Below, piece by piece: positions 40,596 to 53,958 of a stretch of 64,000 bases of DNA (its first letter is position 1; the number at the start of each line of letters is the position of its first letter). The stretch lies in assembly GCF_009914755.1 (NCBI RefSeq), contig NC_060937.1, one strand, 5' to 3'. The DNA is from the human T2T-CHM13v2.0 reference genome, Homo sapiens. The notes beneath the pieces are model-generated. The model saw nothing but the letters and a program-made list of their open reading frames with translations, was not told the origin of the DNA and did no database searches. Made by a program: the position numbers and the translations under genes.

Positions 40596-41619
40596 TGAAG
40601 AATTAATCAGAAACTCAGAAAAATTCCGCCGAGCAGAAGCCAGATGAGAATCCGACTGGAAATCTAGAAGGAATCTGACCAGCATCGCAAAGAAGGGGAG
40701 GAGCTGAGTGGGAAGGCAGCCTCAGGGAGCTTCCCCGGAAAGATGGGCCTGCTCATTCCATCCCCGACAGGACTGTCAGTCATTTCACAACCACGGCTGC
40801 TGATGAAGACAATCAAACAGCAGCAACCTTCTGAGGTCAAGACAGTGCTGGGCGTCTCTCGGAGTCACTCCCCTATCTTTTCGTCTGTTCTCTCAGGACA
40901 GCTCGGTGACGTTGCTAAGGAAGGAATTTGTGAAAATGAGGAAGCGGCCCCAGAATCCTTGTTGTTTTTCCCCAAACCTGGCTACTGGTGGTCAGAGTGA
41001 CCTTGAGGTGCCTCACAGGGTTGTTCCAGGTGGCCCAGGTCTGCACCCTCTGACCCATGGCCGACCATCTCCATGGCCTGTAAAGGTGCTTCTCTTAGGT
41101 GCCACCCAAGTGCCACGGCAGTGTCAGAGGGAGGCCCATAGCCAGCCTCCTGAGTCAGAGCCTTTGGGCTGGGACCGGGGCAAGCACATTTTTAGAAAGT
41201 TCCTCCAGGACACGTTTGGTGGAGCTCATCCATAATGCTCTCTGGACAACCTTTGGACTAAGTAACTTTCCTAAAGTCTCTCAACTCAGTGGCCACCACC
41301 TTAGAACTGGGAACTGTCCCTCAATGCCCACTCAGGTATTTCTGCCATGCCCTGTGTAATTTGGCCTTTCTAGACCCAGCTTTCTTCTCCCACATGGAGG
41401 CCGTGGAGGACTGCCTGTGAGTCCTGGTAACACTCCTCCACATCTTGGCAACTCCAAGATTGTTATTGATTTTCCACTTGGAAGGCTGTTATCTGTTCTT
41501 TGACAAACTCTTATCTATCCTCCAGAACTCCCTGGGAAGCTTTGGACTTAGATGTCTCCATCGCAGGCACACCCCAGCGAATATCTTATCACCATGAGCT
41601 GCGCTTGCTGATCTCATTT

Positions 41620-42100
41620 ATTCTTCATGAAATATTTGTGGATTTTCTTTTTGTGGCCAGGCACAGGATAGACTTAGAACAGCATCCACTTTGTGAAACA
41701 AGTAGGACAGGAATGCAGATGAGTAAGGGGCAAGACAAGAAAGCACAGTGAGATGTGAGATGTGTCCTGCTAGCATGGGTGGCGGGTGGCACACAGCAAA
41801 CTTTGGGGAGTCAGGAAAGGCTTCCAAGAAAAAAGTGTCTGGGAGTTACTCATCAACGGCATAAAGTTTCAATCAACCAAGATGAGTAAGCTTCAGACAG
41901 CGGCTGTACACCATTGCATCTGCAGTCAGCAATAACACACCGACACCTAAACATTGGTTAAGACGGTGGATCTCATGTTAAGTGTACTAACCATAATAGA
42001 ATTAAATATGAGAAAGAAACAATGTCTAAACTGAGACCTGTGAGTTAAGAAGGACTTAACCAGGTGAAAATGGAGGCAGGGATTCCAGGAAAGAGGCTTT
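41620..42100 (-). mobile_element. L2 fragment (interrupted by L1MA piece)
   Basis: aaatatttgtggatttt..tgtggccaggcac...ggggagtcaggaaaggcttcc...aactgagacctg...attccaggaaagagg. Confidence 0.55.
41842..42010 (+). mobile_element. L1MA9/10-like 3' end
   Basis: ggcataaagtttcaatcaaccaagatgagtaagc...ggtggatctcatgttaagtgtactaaccataata; possible TSD aagaaaaaagtgtct / aagaaacaatgtct. Confidence 0.7.
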
Positions 42101-42234
42101 GCAAACAATCTGTTGTCTCCTCTAATACACCTTAAGCCCCTCAAGAGCACAAACCATGTTCATTTGGCCTGAATTCTGAGTACCTAGTGAAGGTTCAATA
42201 CATTTTGGTTAAATGAATAATCAACTCAGCTGCT

Positions 42235-42395
42235 GATATATATATATATGTTTGAGATATATATATATCTCATATATATATCTATATGAGATATATATAT
42301 GAGATACATATATGAGAGAGATATATAAATGTATATATCTCAAACATGTATAAATATATGTGTGTATACACACTCACACACATATATACACATAA
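42235..42395. repeat. AT-rich (TA)n tract with nested inverted repeats
   Basis: 16-bp arms atgtttgagatatata (42248-42263) / tatatatctcaaacat (42332-42347). Confidence 0.9.
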
Positions 42396-44329
42396 GAGGG
42401 CATTGAGAGAGAGATTGGCATTTGCAAAATAATTTGTTGCTCAAATTCAGAGGTATTTGAGCACGTTATCTTCTTGCAAATAATAGAAAATTGTACCATG
42501 ATAACCCATGCAATCTCTGCTTAATACATGAGGAAGAAGATGCAAATCTATGTTCTTTCTTTTACCAGGACCTCACTATAGGAAGAAAAAAAAAGTAAAG
42601 CAACCTCGCAGGTATCTTTGCTGGTTAACATCATAGAGTATGAAGGATATCTTGATGGGATCCATTTTAAGCTACAAAGTTTCTTACAGTCATACTCAAA
42701 ACTGGCTAAATACAGGACATCATACACATTTTCATATTTTATTCTAATGTTTATTCTGAGGTCAACAATATAAATTAGTTTCTGAGATGCGCAGATAAAT
42801 TAAAATTCCATGCAGGTGACCATAGACATACCCCTACTATGTGTATCTGTCTAAACTATAACCGGAGAGGACTACAATTAATCCCTTAAGCCCTTTATCT
42901 TCTTTTCGTCTCCTGCTTGGTTCTACGTAAACACCTTTGCTGAACTGGAAGATCCAACCAACTTATACGAGCTTCTTGGATGCAAATGAAAACCTCGTGA
43001 ATTGCCCAGCAAGTTGACATTCCTTTCTAGATCCAGCACATACAACTCTCTCCAGGTGAGCACAAAGAAAGAAGAGATTTGAAGTCAGCGAGGTGCGTTT
43101 TATTGGTTCAAGAGGGGAGGTTATTTTTTAAAGGCTTATGGAAAAAGGTAGCTATGTTTGTTCTCTCAAATAATCACATAAAGACCCTGCTAACATTTCT
43201 GGTACAACAACCCTGCCGTGGTTAATTTCCAGACAATGAAAGGTGAGAAGGCTGGAAAGGAAACCGAATCCTGCAGTGTCTAATCAATTTTAATAGAATC
43301 CGCTAATTGAATCATCCACATCCTTTAAAAAGAGACATGGAAATCATGGAAGCAAGCCTCTGTTTTGGTGCATTCTTCATCCCTCATGGCATGTCAAAAA
43401 AATTGAATTTCTCACAGTGGAGAAAGAGTCTGTCAAAGTTAACTTTACCTGGAACTAATAAATTATTATATTTCATCCAAAGGGTTTCCAATAAGTAGTT
43501 ATTCAAAGACTCAATTTTTCAATTAATGTCTCCAAATGCTTTTCTGATCATAATTTTCCTAGTACATTTTCATGTTTGCTTCTCACTATTGTCTTTGTGA
43601 GGAGTGTTGGAAATTCCCAAGCTGGGGCAACCCCCAGGCTTCTCCCTCCAACCCCTCTCTCACTTGGACTCAGGCTTCCCCAGGGAGCAGACTCAGGGCG
43701 CACTGAGGGCAGGAGGAGATGCTGGCAGCCCCTCAGGGTGGAGGCCACCCTGGAACCTTGACCTAGGGAGTCAGTAGTCTGTGGTGTCAGAAGGTGGCAT
43801 TAGATCAGAGGGCTCAGGAATCCATAGTCAAGAGAAACAGAAAATTAAAAAAAAAAAAAAAAAAAAAGAGGCTCTCTAGAAGGGGCCACTTCAGTTGGTT
43901 TTGTTTTCATGCGGGGAGAAAGCATTCTGCTGCCAATGACTCTGCATTTATTCATCTGCCTCTCAAGTTCTCCTGGCCAGCACTGTGCTAGGTTTTATGG
44001 TTACTACAAAGATGAATGACAGTTGTTCCCTCCGTGTTCACACCTACACTCTTGCCTCGCAGTCCTTGCTGCTGAGCACCCGCAGCCTGACTCCTGGTTT
44101 CCTGGGGGCCTTGGGTAGAGCCAGGGAGCTCCTGGGACACCTGGAGTGGGCCGCAAGTTGGAACTGGGATGTAATCACCCTGCTCCTCTCCTGTGTGGAC
44201 AATGAATGTCTCCATGTGAGACTCAACGGTGTCACACACGGTGGCCTCAGTGTGGCAAGGCACTCCCTGTGGCCATCTTCTCATGCTGAGATAAGTCATT
44301 CTTCATTAACTGCCTCCGTTGCTAGCCAT

Positions 44330-44409
44330 GTCCCCTGACCTTCCAGATAAACTATTCTCATATAAATTCTTGTCTCAGATCTGTTTTGGGGGGAGATCCC
44401 GCTAAGACA
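44330..44409 (+). mobile_element. 3' end of an old ERVL LTR (LTR16/LTR33-like); 5' extent uncertain
   Basis: ttcttgtctcagatctgttttggggggagatcccgctaagaca resembles the LTR16-group terminus. Confidence 0.5.
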
Positions 44410-44599
44410 ATAGCGAGAGAACCAGACAGGTAACCTAACCAAACCTGGGCTGCTTCCCGGGGAGGTGCACGCAGGTCTCTGCAAAGAGCCCCAGAGGACA
44501 CCCATACGGCCACAAGCGTGAAATGCATGAGATGCTTAGGGACATGCCACACCCCAGGCTTGGGCTCCGGGGCAACTCCTAATCCCAACCCTTGCTAGC

Positions 44600-44965
44600 C
44601 TCACAGCCAATGCACTCTCCTCTACCGCCCTTGCTGCTACCTCCGAACACCATTTCCTAACTTCAAGTTTGTTTGATGCTCTTGTGGCCTGCTGTGCTCT
44701 CCTCCTCTGTCATCTAAATTTTACCCTCTTTCAAGGACCAGCTGAAATTTCCCATCCCCGATAAATCCATTCCTGGTTTCCCCAACACCAGGGGAACTTG
44801 CTCTTCTCTGTCATTTTGTTGCTCTGAGGGAATCCTAGTGTACATCGTTTAGTTACCTGCTTAATAGGCAGGACACTTTGCTCCCAAATCACTGTAAAAG
44901 CTTTTATAGGCTGCATTCTTGTCTTAGATTTTTTTGTAGCTTCCAGAGGCCTCAGCATCTAGTTT
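44600..44965 (+). mobile_element. L2 fragment
   Basis: ccctctttcaaggaccagctgaaatttcccatccc...actgtaaaagcttttatagg...cttgtcttagattt. Confidence 0.5.
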
Positions 44966-46160
44966 TGTTCTATTTTCATTTGGGAAGAAAGTTCTGCTGA
45001 CAATAGTTAACACATTTATTCATTCCCCAGACGCTTATTGATTTCTCAGTAAGTGATGATTTAATTATTAAGTCTGCTTTTTTTCTTATCTTTTCATTTC
45101 ATTCCCACCATGTAACTATGCTCAAAGATATTCTTTTGGACAGGAACAGTTTTCTACCACGAGAGGAATAGGGCATTCTTCTGAAGAAGGTGAGGCTGGT
45201 GTGTAAACAGCAAGGCAGTCCAGAGCACCCCCTCCACCCACCACAGGCCTGCCTTCCCTCTGTGCTGCCTGGATAAAGCACCACAGCAATAATTTCTGTA
45301 GTTAGTGTCCCTATTTGCTATGTCATCCTTGACTCTTCACCCAGCAGCAAGAAGACTGAGAAAGAAATATGACAAATGAGCAAATCACTGACATTGTAGC
45401 CCATTACTAAATCAGTGCAAAGGGTAGACCACACCTGACTCCTGATAAATCCTTCTGTATCTTGGGGTCAAAGAGTTTAGGAGCATCAGGGGAGAGGACA
45501 GGATCAGAGGGGCAGGGGCGGGAGAGATGTGGAGACCATCTCGGTTCAGAATTCTGTTGCTAAACTGATTTCATTTCTAAGAATTTACTCCATCTGTTGC
45601 CCTGCTCACACTGTCTAGACAATTTCAAAGTATTACATAATTCATAGTGGCTGAACATTTTCCTGTTTACTACAGAGTCAGTCTACAAAGGTCACTGATA
45701 AAATAATCTTTTTAACTGGCATGAAAAGCATCTCAAAAATCCAAGAAGCATAAGAGCCAACCACACAATTACTTTTCAATACTCATTCACGGATAAAATA
45801 AAACCACAACGGGCCTGATGGTTTCTGGTTCCTGGCAAGGTTTTGACAGGTTTCAAAAAATAAAAGACCAGGTTGTCTCTGCATGAGTGAAATGAAGACT
45901 TATTCATGGACAGCCTTTCATTCTGTGATGCCTGCTGAACAGACACCCAATGCCGAGGACACAGCACAGCCTGCCCTGGTTAGAAACCATAGCTGAGTTA
46001 ATGCATCATGCATTGCAAAATAACATTTTTGTAGTGTATTTTGTACACTTTGTACATTTTGTAGTGTATTTAATGGAGACACTGAGTACATTGACTAGAA
46101 AGTCAAAAACATACTTTGACTTCTTTTTTCAGTCCCTTTTTAGTCAAAGTACTGAAAACA

Positions 46161-46308
46161 AGGGAGGGAAGGAAGGAAAGGAAGGAAGGGAGACAAGGTG
46201 GAAGGGTGAAAGGGAGGAAGGGAGGAGGGGAGGAAAGATAGGGAAGGAGGGAAGGAAGGGAGGAAGGAAAGAAGGAAGGAAGGAAGGAAGGAATGGGAGG
46301 AGGGAAGG
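46161..46308. repeat. (GGAA)n/(GGGA)n polypurine tract
   Basis: Direct reading. Confidence 0.93.
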
Positions 46309-48351
46309 ACCATGTAAGTCAACAAGGTATATCCCATTCAGTACTGTTTTCATTTTGGCACGTATGCCAGGATTTGCATATGAAAATGAACAATTGGGTT
46401 TGCAATCATAATGCTCACTACTCAGAAGCTGTTTTGGCATTCTCAGGCTAGTAGGCTGTGTCCTTGCTTTCTCTCGCACTTCTACAGGGACCATACCAGC
46501 CACGCTGTCACGTGGGACCTGTCCCTTGAGGAGGCAGTGGTGCAAAGCAGGGGTGGCCATAGGTGAGGCCAAGGCCTGGGCCAGGCGGGCTCTCTGCAAG
46601 TTTTCTGTGCCTTCCCCACTGTGAGGATCTAAGAACTGTCAGGAGGCAGGTAGACCTTTGCTAAAGCATAATGCATTTTCTTATTCATGCTACCCTTTTT
46701 ATTTTACCTGCTCTGTGCATGGGATGCTCTGTGAGGTTTAGGAGACTAGACAGCAGGTTGACCAGCTCTTCAGGACTATTTGGCTTGCTAATTTAGAACT
46801 TACAAATATCCTTCTCCAAGTCCCAAAGGATGTGTCGCATGACCTCAGGGAAGCCTGTTTCTGTTTCTCTGAGTGGAGGCTGATCCACCCACAACTGCAA
46901 GAGCAGCGTAATAGCCGTCTGACTCTGGTTTTGAAAAACAGCCCTGGAAGGATGTCAGATGAGTCTGCCCATTGCTCCTGAGGGCATGAGTGTAAGGGCA
47001 GCATGGCACCCCCTGGCATCTTCAGACGAGTGTGGGCCTAGCACGCGTGCCTCTGCTCCCTCTCAGCGTCCAGGTCACAGTTCCTGGGACCACAGGCTCT
47101 GCTGGGACTTGGGACTTGGGTAGGGAAGGAAAAGAAAATGGTGCTTCGAAGCAGAAGCAACTGCCACACTGCTATTTTCTTTTCAGGATAAGCATAAATG
47201 TACTGAAATAGCCAAAGCAAAGTTTCAAGAGCATCTGGGCATAGTAACTTCTCAAATGACTACAAGTTTAGGGGTGAGCTAGCAGTGTCTGTGTGTGGTC
47301 GCTGAATAATGGCTACGTTACTGAGGCAAGGCAAATGGGGCATGAGATCTTCATAGAAGAAATCAGTAGCACAGTTGTGTATTGAAATTTATTCTGATTG
47401 GAAGCTTACAGATGTCAAGGTAAAGATAGAAATACTTTGCCTGTAAAACAAAATAAAATTTAATTTTGAGAGTTAGGTTTCACTTTTTTAAAAAAAGACT
47501 GTGAACACAAAAATTACACACATCTTCAGCTCCACTTAATCTTATCCATCTTTTGGGGTTTACTTTTTGGTCAACTTTTCTTCAAAATTAATTTGAATTG
47601 GACATGTTAAAATTGAGTTTTTGACCATAATCTATGGCTTAAATTTACCTATATATTAGAATTCCCTATGAGTAGAGTTTTACAATATGTGTGGCCTTAT
47701 GTTAGCATATGACATTATATTGTATCATTATCTGGTTGGCAGTAGTCATTAATGGGTTGAATCATTTTAACTTAATATCAGTTATAAATGTCTGCTAATG
47801 TTGAAAAAGATGGTCAACCTGACTAACCTATATCTTCTGCAGTAGATTTTTTATATATTAAAAACTCCATGTAAAATGAAATTCATATTAACTCTAAATT
47901 TTGCATGGACATAATTATTCAAGGATGCCTGGAAAACTACACAAGATTCCCACAGGATGAATATGTATTTGTCCTGAGGATGCCGTTTTTATTAATGTCA
48001 CATATAAAATTTTAGTCCAATTACATGCATAGCCACCTAACATGCAAGTGCAAAATTAAAATCAAAGTTAATTTATAAACAAAAACATCAATAAGATAAA
48101 TACACTCCAACATTAGGTTTGAATTTGTCTAGAATTTCAAAACTGTGCTTATTATTTTTTGGAACTGGGGTTACAGTTAAATAACGAAAGTGGTATGCAA
48201 ATAACATATCATGTATTTTTCCTAATCTCTGTGTCCATAATTAAGGCAGATATAATTTACATTATTGTAATTTTCATGTAATTTACATTTAATTACATAT
48301 ACATGACATATGCTTGTAATTTACATACTATGGGCAGTGACTTTTAAAATC

Positions 48352-48928
48352 TGTTTTAGTTATCTATTACTGTATGACAAATTACACCAAATTTAGTGAT
48401 TTAATACAACAATAATCATTTATTATCTTTCATACTTTCTGGGGGTCGGCACTTGAGGCACAGCACATCTCTGCTCCATGATACCCGGGGCTCATCTGGA
48501 GCTCAGAGGCTGGGGCTACAATCATCAGAGGTCCCATTCCCTGGCAGGCAGGGTGGTGGATGCTGGCTGGGGCTGGGACACTCATTGGAGCAGTTGTCTG
48601 GGATGCCCACACATGGACCATCCACGTGGTCTGGGCTTCCTCATGATGGAGTGACTGGATTTTGCCTATGTGGTAAATCATAGAAGAATCGGAGAGAAAG
48701 TGAGCATATTGCCTTTTCTGACCTAGCCTCAGGAGAGATGGGGCATCACTGTCCCCGGAGTCTCCTGCCCGAGGCACTGCGAACATGAGGGAAGGTCACA
48801 GAGGTCCACCTCTCAGTGGAAGGTTGTCAAGAACACACTGTAAAGTAAATAAACTGTAAAATATATATCCCATCATGAGATGGGATATATATTTGTGTGA
48901 CCATTTTTGCAAAATACACTCAGCCATG
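48352..48928 (-). mobile_element. MLT1F-like MaLR LTR
   Basis: tgttttagttatctattactgtatgacaaattac...ctgggcttcctcatgatgg...gccttttctgacctagcctc...ccatttttgcaaaatacactcagcca. Confidence 0.75.
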
Positions 48929-48960
48929 AAGTCTACTTGGCTATTTACTAGCTTTGGTAC

Positions 48961-49315
48961 AGTTACAGATGAAATGTTTGTGTCCCTCCCAAATTCACAT
49001 GTTGACATCTTAACACCCAAGGTGATGGAATTAGGAGGTAGGGCCTTTGGAAGGTGAGTAGGTCTCGGGGTTGAGCCCTCATGAATGGTATTGGTAACCT
49101 TATAGAAGGGATGCAAAAAGGACCCCTTGCCCTTCTACCATGTGCGAACACAGCAAGAAAATAATGTGTCTGAACTAGGAAGTGGCCCTCACCAAATCTG
49201 ATGGCACCTTGATCTTGGCCTTCCCAGCCTCCAGAACTTGATAAATAAACTTCTGTTGTTAATATGCTACCCAGTTTATGGTATTTTGTTATAGGAGCCT
49301 GAACAAAAGCACACA
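48961..49315 (+). mobile_element. MLT1A0-like MaLR LTR
   Basis: aatgtttgtgtccctcccaaattcacatgttga...gggcctttggaaggtga...gatcttggccttcccagcctccagaact...tatggtattttgttatagg. Confidence 0.88.
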
Positions 49316-50162
49316 CAACTGTATTTCAAATACTGAATAAGTTTTTTATCTTTTCCTATAATAATCAGAATTTAAAATCCTTCTTCCGTTATTTCCCAAC
49401 GTATTTCTGTTACTAATCCAACTAAGATTTATGACCTTTTCTACTCTGTAAAAATACAGTTGTATAAAGGTTAATAAACAGTGTTTCCAAATTAAACATC
49501 AAGTTCTTGCAGCAAAAAATTCAAAAAATTTCCAAAATCTAGCAAGTCAAATAAACATATGTATAGTGACTTCAGCCTAATTTTTTTTCCAAAGGAAAAT
49601 GGAAAGGAATTATAGTTATGTTATGGGAATTTGCAGCTGGTGGGTAAATGTACAGTTTGGGGAAGCAGTATGATGCATTGTGGAAAAACCTAGAAAGAAA
49701 TCTAGAATATTGCTAGAGAGAGAAGGGAACCCTTCTGATTGGTAACAAATAGACTAGCAGGATGATGGTTTTCTATGGAGTACAATACTCAAGAGTCCAG
49801 ACAGTACTGGAAAAGAAAGCTGCCAGGAGCTTAAGATCAAATTAATGTCAGATGATTTCAAAAAGGAGGAAGAATCTTTATCTGAAATTCACACATATTT
49901 AAAGGTACATAAAGAATGCACTAGAAACTCTTCTAGAGTTTCTAATGTGAAGTTTCTAATGTGATATCTGTATATTAGTTTCTAGTGAAGTTTCCAATGT
50001 GAAGACATCTGTATATTAGGTACCAGGGCTGCATTACATATCACTTCGCAACCTCTTCAGAGCAGGTCCTGAGCATCTGGTCTGGAGGCTGGCCAGCATG
50101 GCACCGGACACATACACACTGGCCAGGAGTCCTGCTTGGGTGCTCCAGCGAACACCCGCTTA

Positions 50163-51052
<890 letters not shown>

Positions 51053-51294
51053 TTAGTATAATGGAAACGCAGTACACTGCATCCCCCCTGGCGTTTGGAT
51101 AGAGGATGAGATGCCTTAAATTGCAGGTCAGCTCTGCCATCAACATGCCACACAGCCGGAGGGCAGGGCAGCTCCTCACCGGTGGAAGGGAGACTCGTTA
51201 GGTTCACACCAAGGGTTCTTCTCAGTTCTAAATTCATCAGCTCAAATGCTACATCTTTTCCGTAGAGTGGGTGCTAAGACAGACACAGCCACAC

Positions 51295-51845
51295 CTAGAA
51301 CGTTCACGCAGTGGAGCCACAACAGCAAGATGATCAGGAGCGCGGCAATGTCGTTGGTGATCTGTTTCGCTGCGTTGGAATTGTTGGGCGAGGCAGGGGC
51401 TGATCACACACACAGCCAGGTCAAGCAGGCACCGGGACAGCGTGCTGACATGAAAACCAATCACCTGTCACAGCGTTTTCACGGGCATGTGTCAGGCTAG
51501 TGTTTTGTGACCTCCTGTCACCGCGGCTGCTCACGCCATGGGAGCTCTCAGGGCCTCTGATCCCCAGTACGATGACGTGAGGGGCTGCGCAAGGAGGTGG
51601 CCGGGGTCAGCAAGCAGGTCACCAACAGGGGAGGGGACCCTGCCACTGGGGCTGGGTTTTTGATGGTTTCTAAACACAGATCGCAGGAAACAGCAGCAGC
51701 TGAGTGATCCAAGGCCGGCTTCCCTTCCCTAAAAGGCTTCACGGCAGGTGTTATTTGAACGCCTCCAGCCACCACACCGTGTGCGTTGCGGGGTGGTGTG
51801 GACAGAGCTTTGCCCTCACGTGGTTATGTGTCCAGATTTCGGAAG
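51295..51845. promoter_or_regulatory. CpG-enriched unique segment; candidate enhancer
   Basis: About 28 CpG in 550 bp by hand count; CRE-like tgacgtga at 51573-51580. Confidence 0.35.
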
Positions 51846-53291
51846 CTTCTCTCACAGCCTCAGAATGTAAATCATGTGAGATACAGAACTTCACACAGAG
51901 CTCAGAATCCCTGGAGGAAAAAAGACATGGCCATCAGAAACCACTCAAAGAGAAGCCCCAGCGAAGGTGCCACGTGCAGGTGGCCATAAATGGCACCCAT
52001 GAAGGGAGATGGAGCCTTTCTAAGCTTGGTCTAAAGGTTGGAGGTTGAAAATAGGACCAAGATTTCGAGTAAAGTTAGCTTAGTGGTTATGTCACATTCG
52101 TTCTCCCCGAGAAGGAGCAATAGGCATGACTAACGGGCGCTGGCAGATTAAACCAAGACGCGTTCCCAGCGCTGCCCACACCGCATCAGAACACAGCTCC
52201 ACGCTGACTAAGCATGTCATTCTAGGTACATTTAAATAAAATTCAATTTATAGTAAATCTTCATCATACGTCTATTTTAAAATGCTGATTCTTAAAAAAG
52301 AAAAAAAGAGTCTTCGCTTCAACGTGTTCAGTGCTTCCAGATCTGTCCTATCCGTTCCCGTTCTGGTTAAACCAGGCTTTCCTCATAACCTGCGCTCACC
52401 TTTGAAGTCAAGGCTCAAAATATTGTATGTAAAAATGTTTTATTGTTGTTGCTCAGTGTTATCAAGCAATCAGTTAGAGATGCCAGGCATAAAATTAAAA
52501 TGCCATCCCAAATAAAATACTTCAGAAGATTTTAATCTAACAAAACGTGCATTAAACATTTGTTATGTTCAAGACACCGTGCAAAACACTGCAAGAAACA
52601 GGTGGAGGCGAGGTTCGCAGACTAAGGAGGTGAAATGAAGGCAAACCCAGGAGCTCCATACTGAGGCTGTATCATGAGCATTGGAGTTGTTCTTTCTTAA
52701 AGCTGCTTCTATGGACAATGGGGTCACTGTGTCTCCGCTCCACATTTTACCCCAGGCAGGTCCTTCGAGTCCCTGTGGCTCTGAACCATGTGGTAGCTGC
52801 TCTTTTCCATGCCTGGGGGCAGCAGATTCCTGTGACCAGCAGAAAGAAACATGATGCCAGGGGAAGCGTGTGCTCTAGAACGAGCCACGACCAGAAATCT
52901 GGGTGTTTGGGTCTATATTTCTACCCCGAGTGACCTCCCCTTCTCGCTAAATGAAGGGCTGGGTGAGAGGCTGTCTCAGGGAATGTCGGCTGGAACATTC
53001 TCCAGGGGCTGTGTTTAGGCATGGCAAGGGCACGTGGAGAATTTCACACTGCAATGCCAGACCGGACCTGTGAGGCCACAGACTTTGAGTGGCTCTAAGG
53101 AAAGCAGGTCACAAACACACAGCGCAGGATCCCTATGAGTTTAGCTTTAAGTCCAGCTCAAATATTAGCAACAAACAAGGTAGTAGTAGCGAAAGGATAT
53201 TAGCAAGCAATATCGCATAAGGGTGACCGTTCATTGTCAAGCTTAGCTGAAAGTTGCATATCCTTAGTTTTTATGTTAAGTGTTTGTGTGT

Positions 53292-53311
53292 GGGGGGGGG
53301 GGGTGGGGGGG
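53292..53311 (+). repeat. G12-T-G7 homopolymer (G-quadruplex-capable)
   Basis: Direct reading. Confidence 0.85.
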
Positions 53312-53794
53312 TAGTAGAGGACAACCCAAATGCAGTTGGAATGATACAGAGTAGAAATAAACAAATACGGAGATCTGCAGATCATGGAGCAGAAAGTATG
53401 AGCTAAGCTTTACATGGAATTAATGGGGTAGATGTGGTGGAGTGGCAGTATTTCTTTCCCCTCGCAGAAGTAATAGGCAGGCTGTCCTTCATGACACCGG
53501 GGTTTAGTATTATTTATCTAGATGTAATATTCAGCTGTAAATGGGACAGACATACAAGTTGTATTCTGGTTTATTTTGAAACGGAAAAGTACAGTGACGT
53601 TACAAAAACAGTCACTTTAATCAGGAGCATTCATTTCCTTGCTAATGATGGGGTGTATTCAAATGTATGAATCAGAGATTTGTGAATTTATCATTTTGCC
53701 CCATGCCTCCCTCAGAGCCCATTATCTAAAATTGGTGCAGGAAGCAAACAGTGTCATGAAAATAGGTTAACCTAGTAAAATTTAGTTAACTGTA

Positions 53795-53958
53795 CATCAC
53801 TTCTGAAACTTCGGTGTGTGCACACATCCCCTGGGGATCTGGTTAAAATGCAGATCCTGCTTTTATAAGTCTGGGTGGGGATTAAGATTCGGTATCTCTA
53901 ACAAATTTCCTGGAGATGCCAACGCCCCAGTCCATAGACCGCAGGTTGAGAAGCAAGG
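53795..53958. mobile_element. MER5-type MITE
   Basis: catcccctggggatctggttaaaatgcagatcctg...gtctgggtgggg...tctctaacaaatttcctggagatgcc. Confidence 0.8.

Noticed and set aside
39935-40598. Overlapping 134-173 aa ORFs over the CpG-rich segment
   Set aside because: Low-information Arg/Ala/Pro/Cys-rich translations in several frames, typical of GC-rich non-coding DNA.
46090-46335. Short 8-10 bp inverted repeats (tactttgact/agtcaaagta; agtactgaa/ttcagtact) around the GGAA tract
   Set aside because: Too short to distinguish from chance; no TSD or recognisable MITE.
45950-46599. 153-aa and 151-aa ORFs with KEGR/PSFL repeats
   Set aside because: Translation of the GGAA microsatellite.
47400-48350. 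Very AT-rich kilobase, possibly an ancient DNA-transposon remnant
   Set aside because: I could not match it to any family or find termini.
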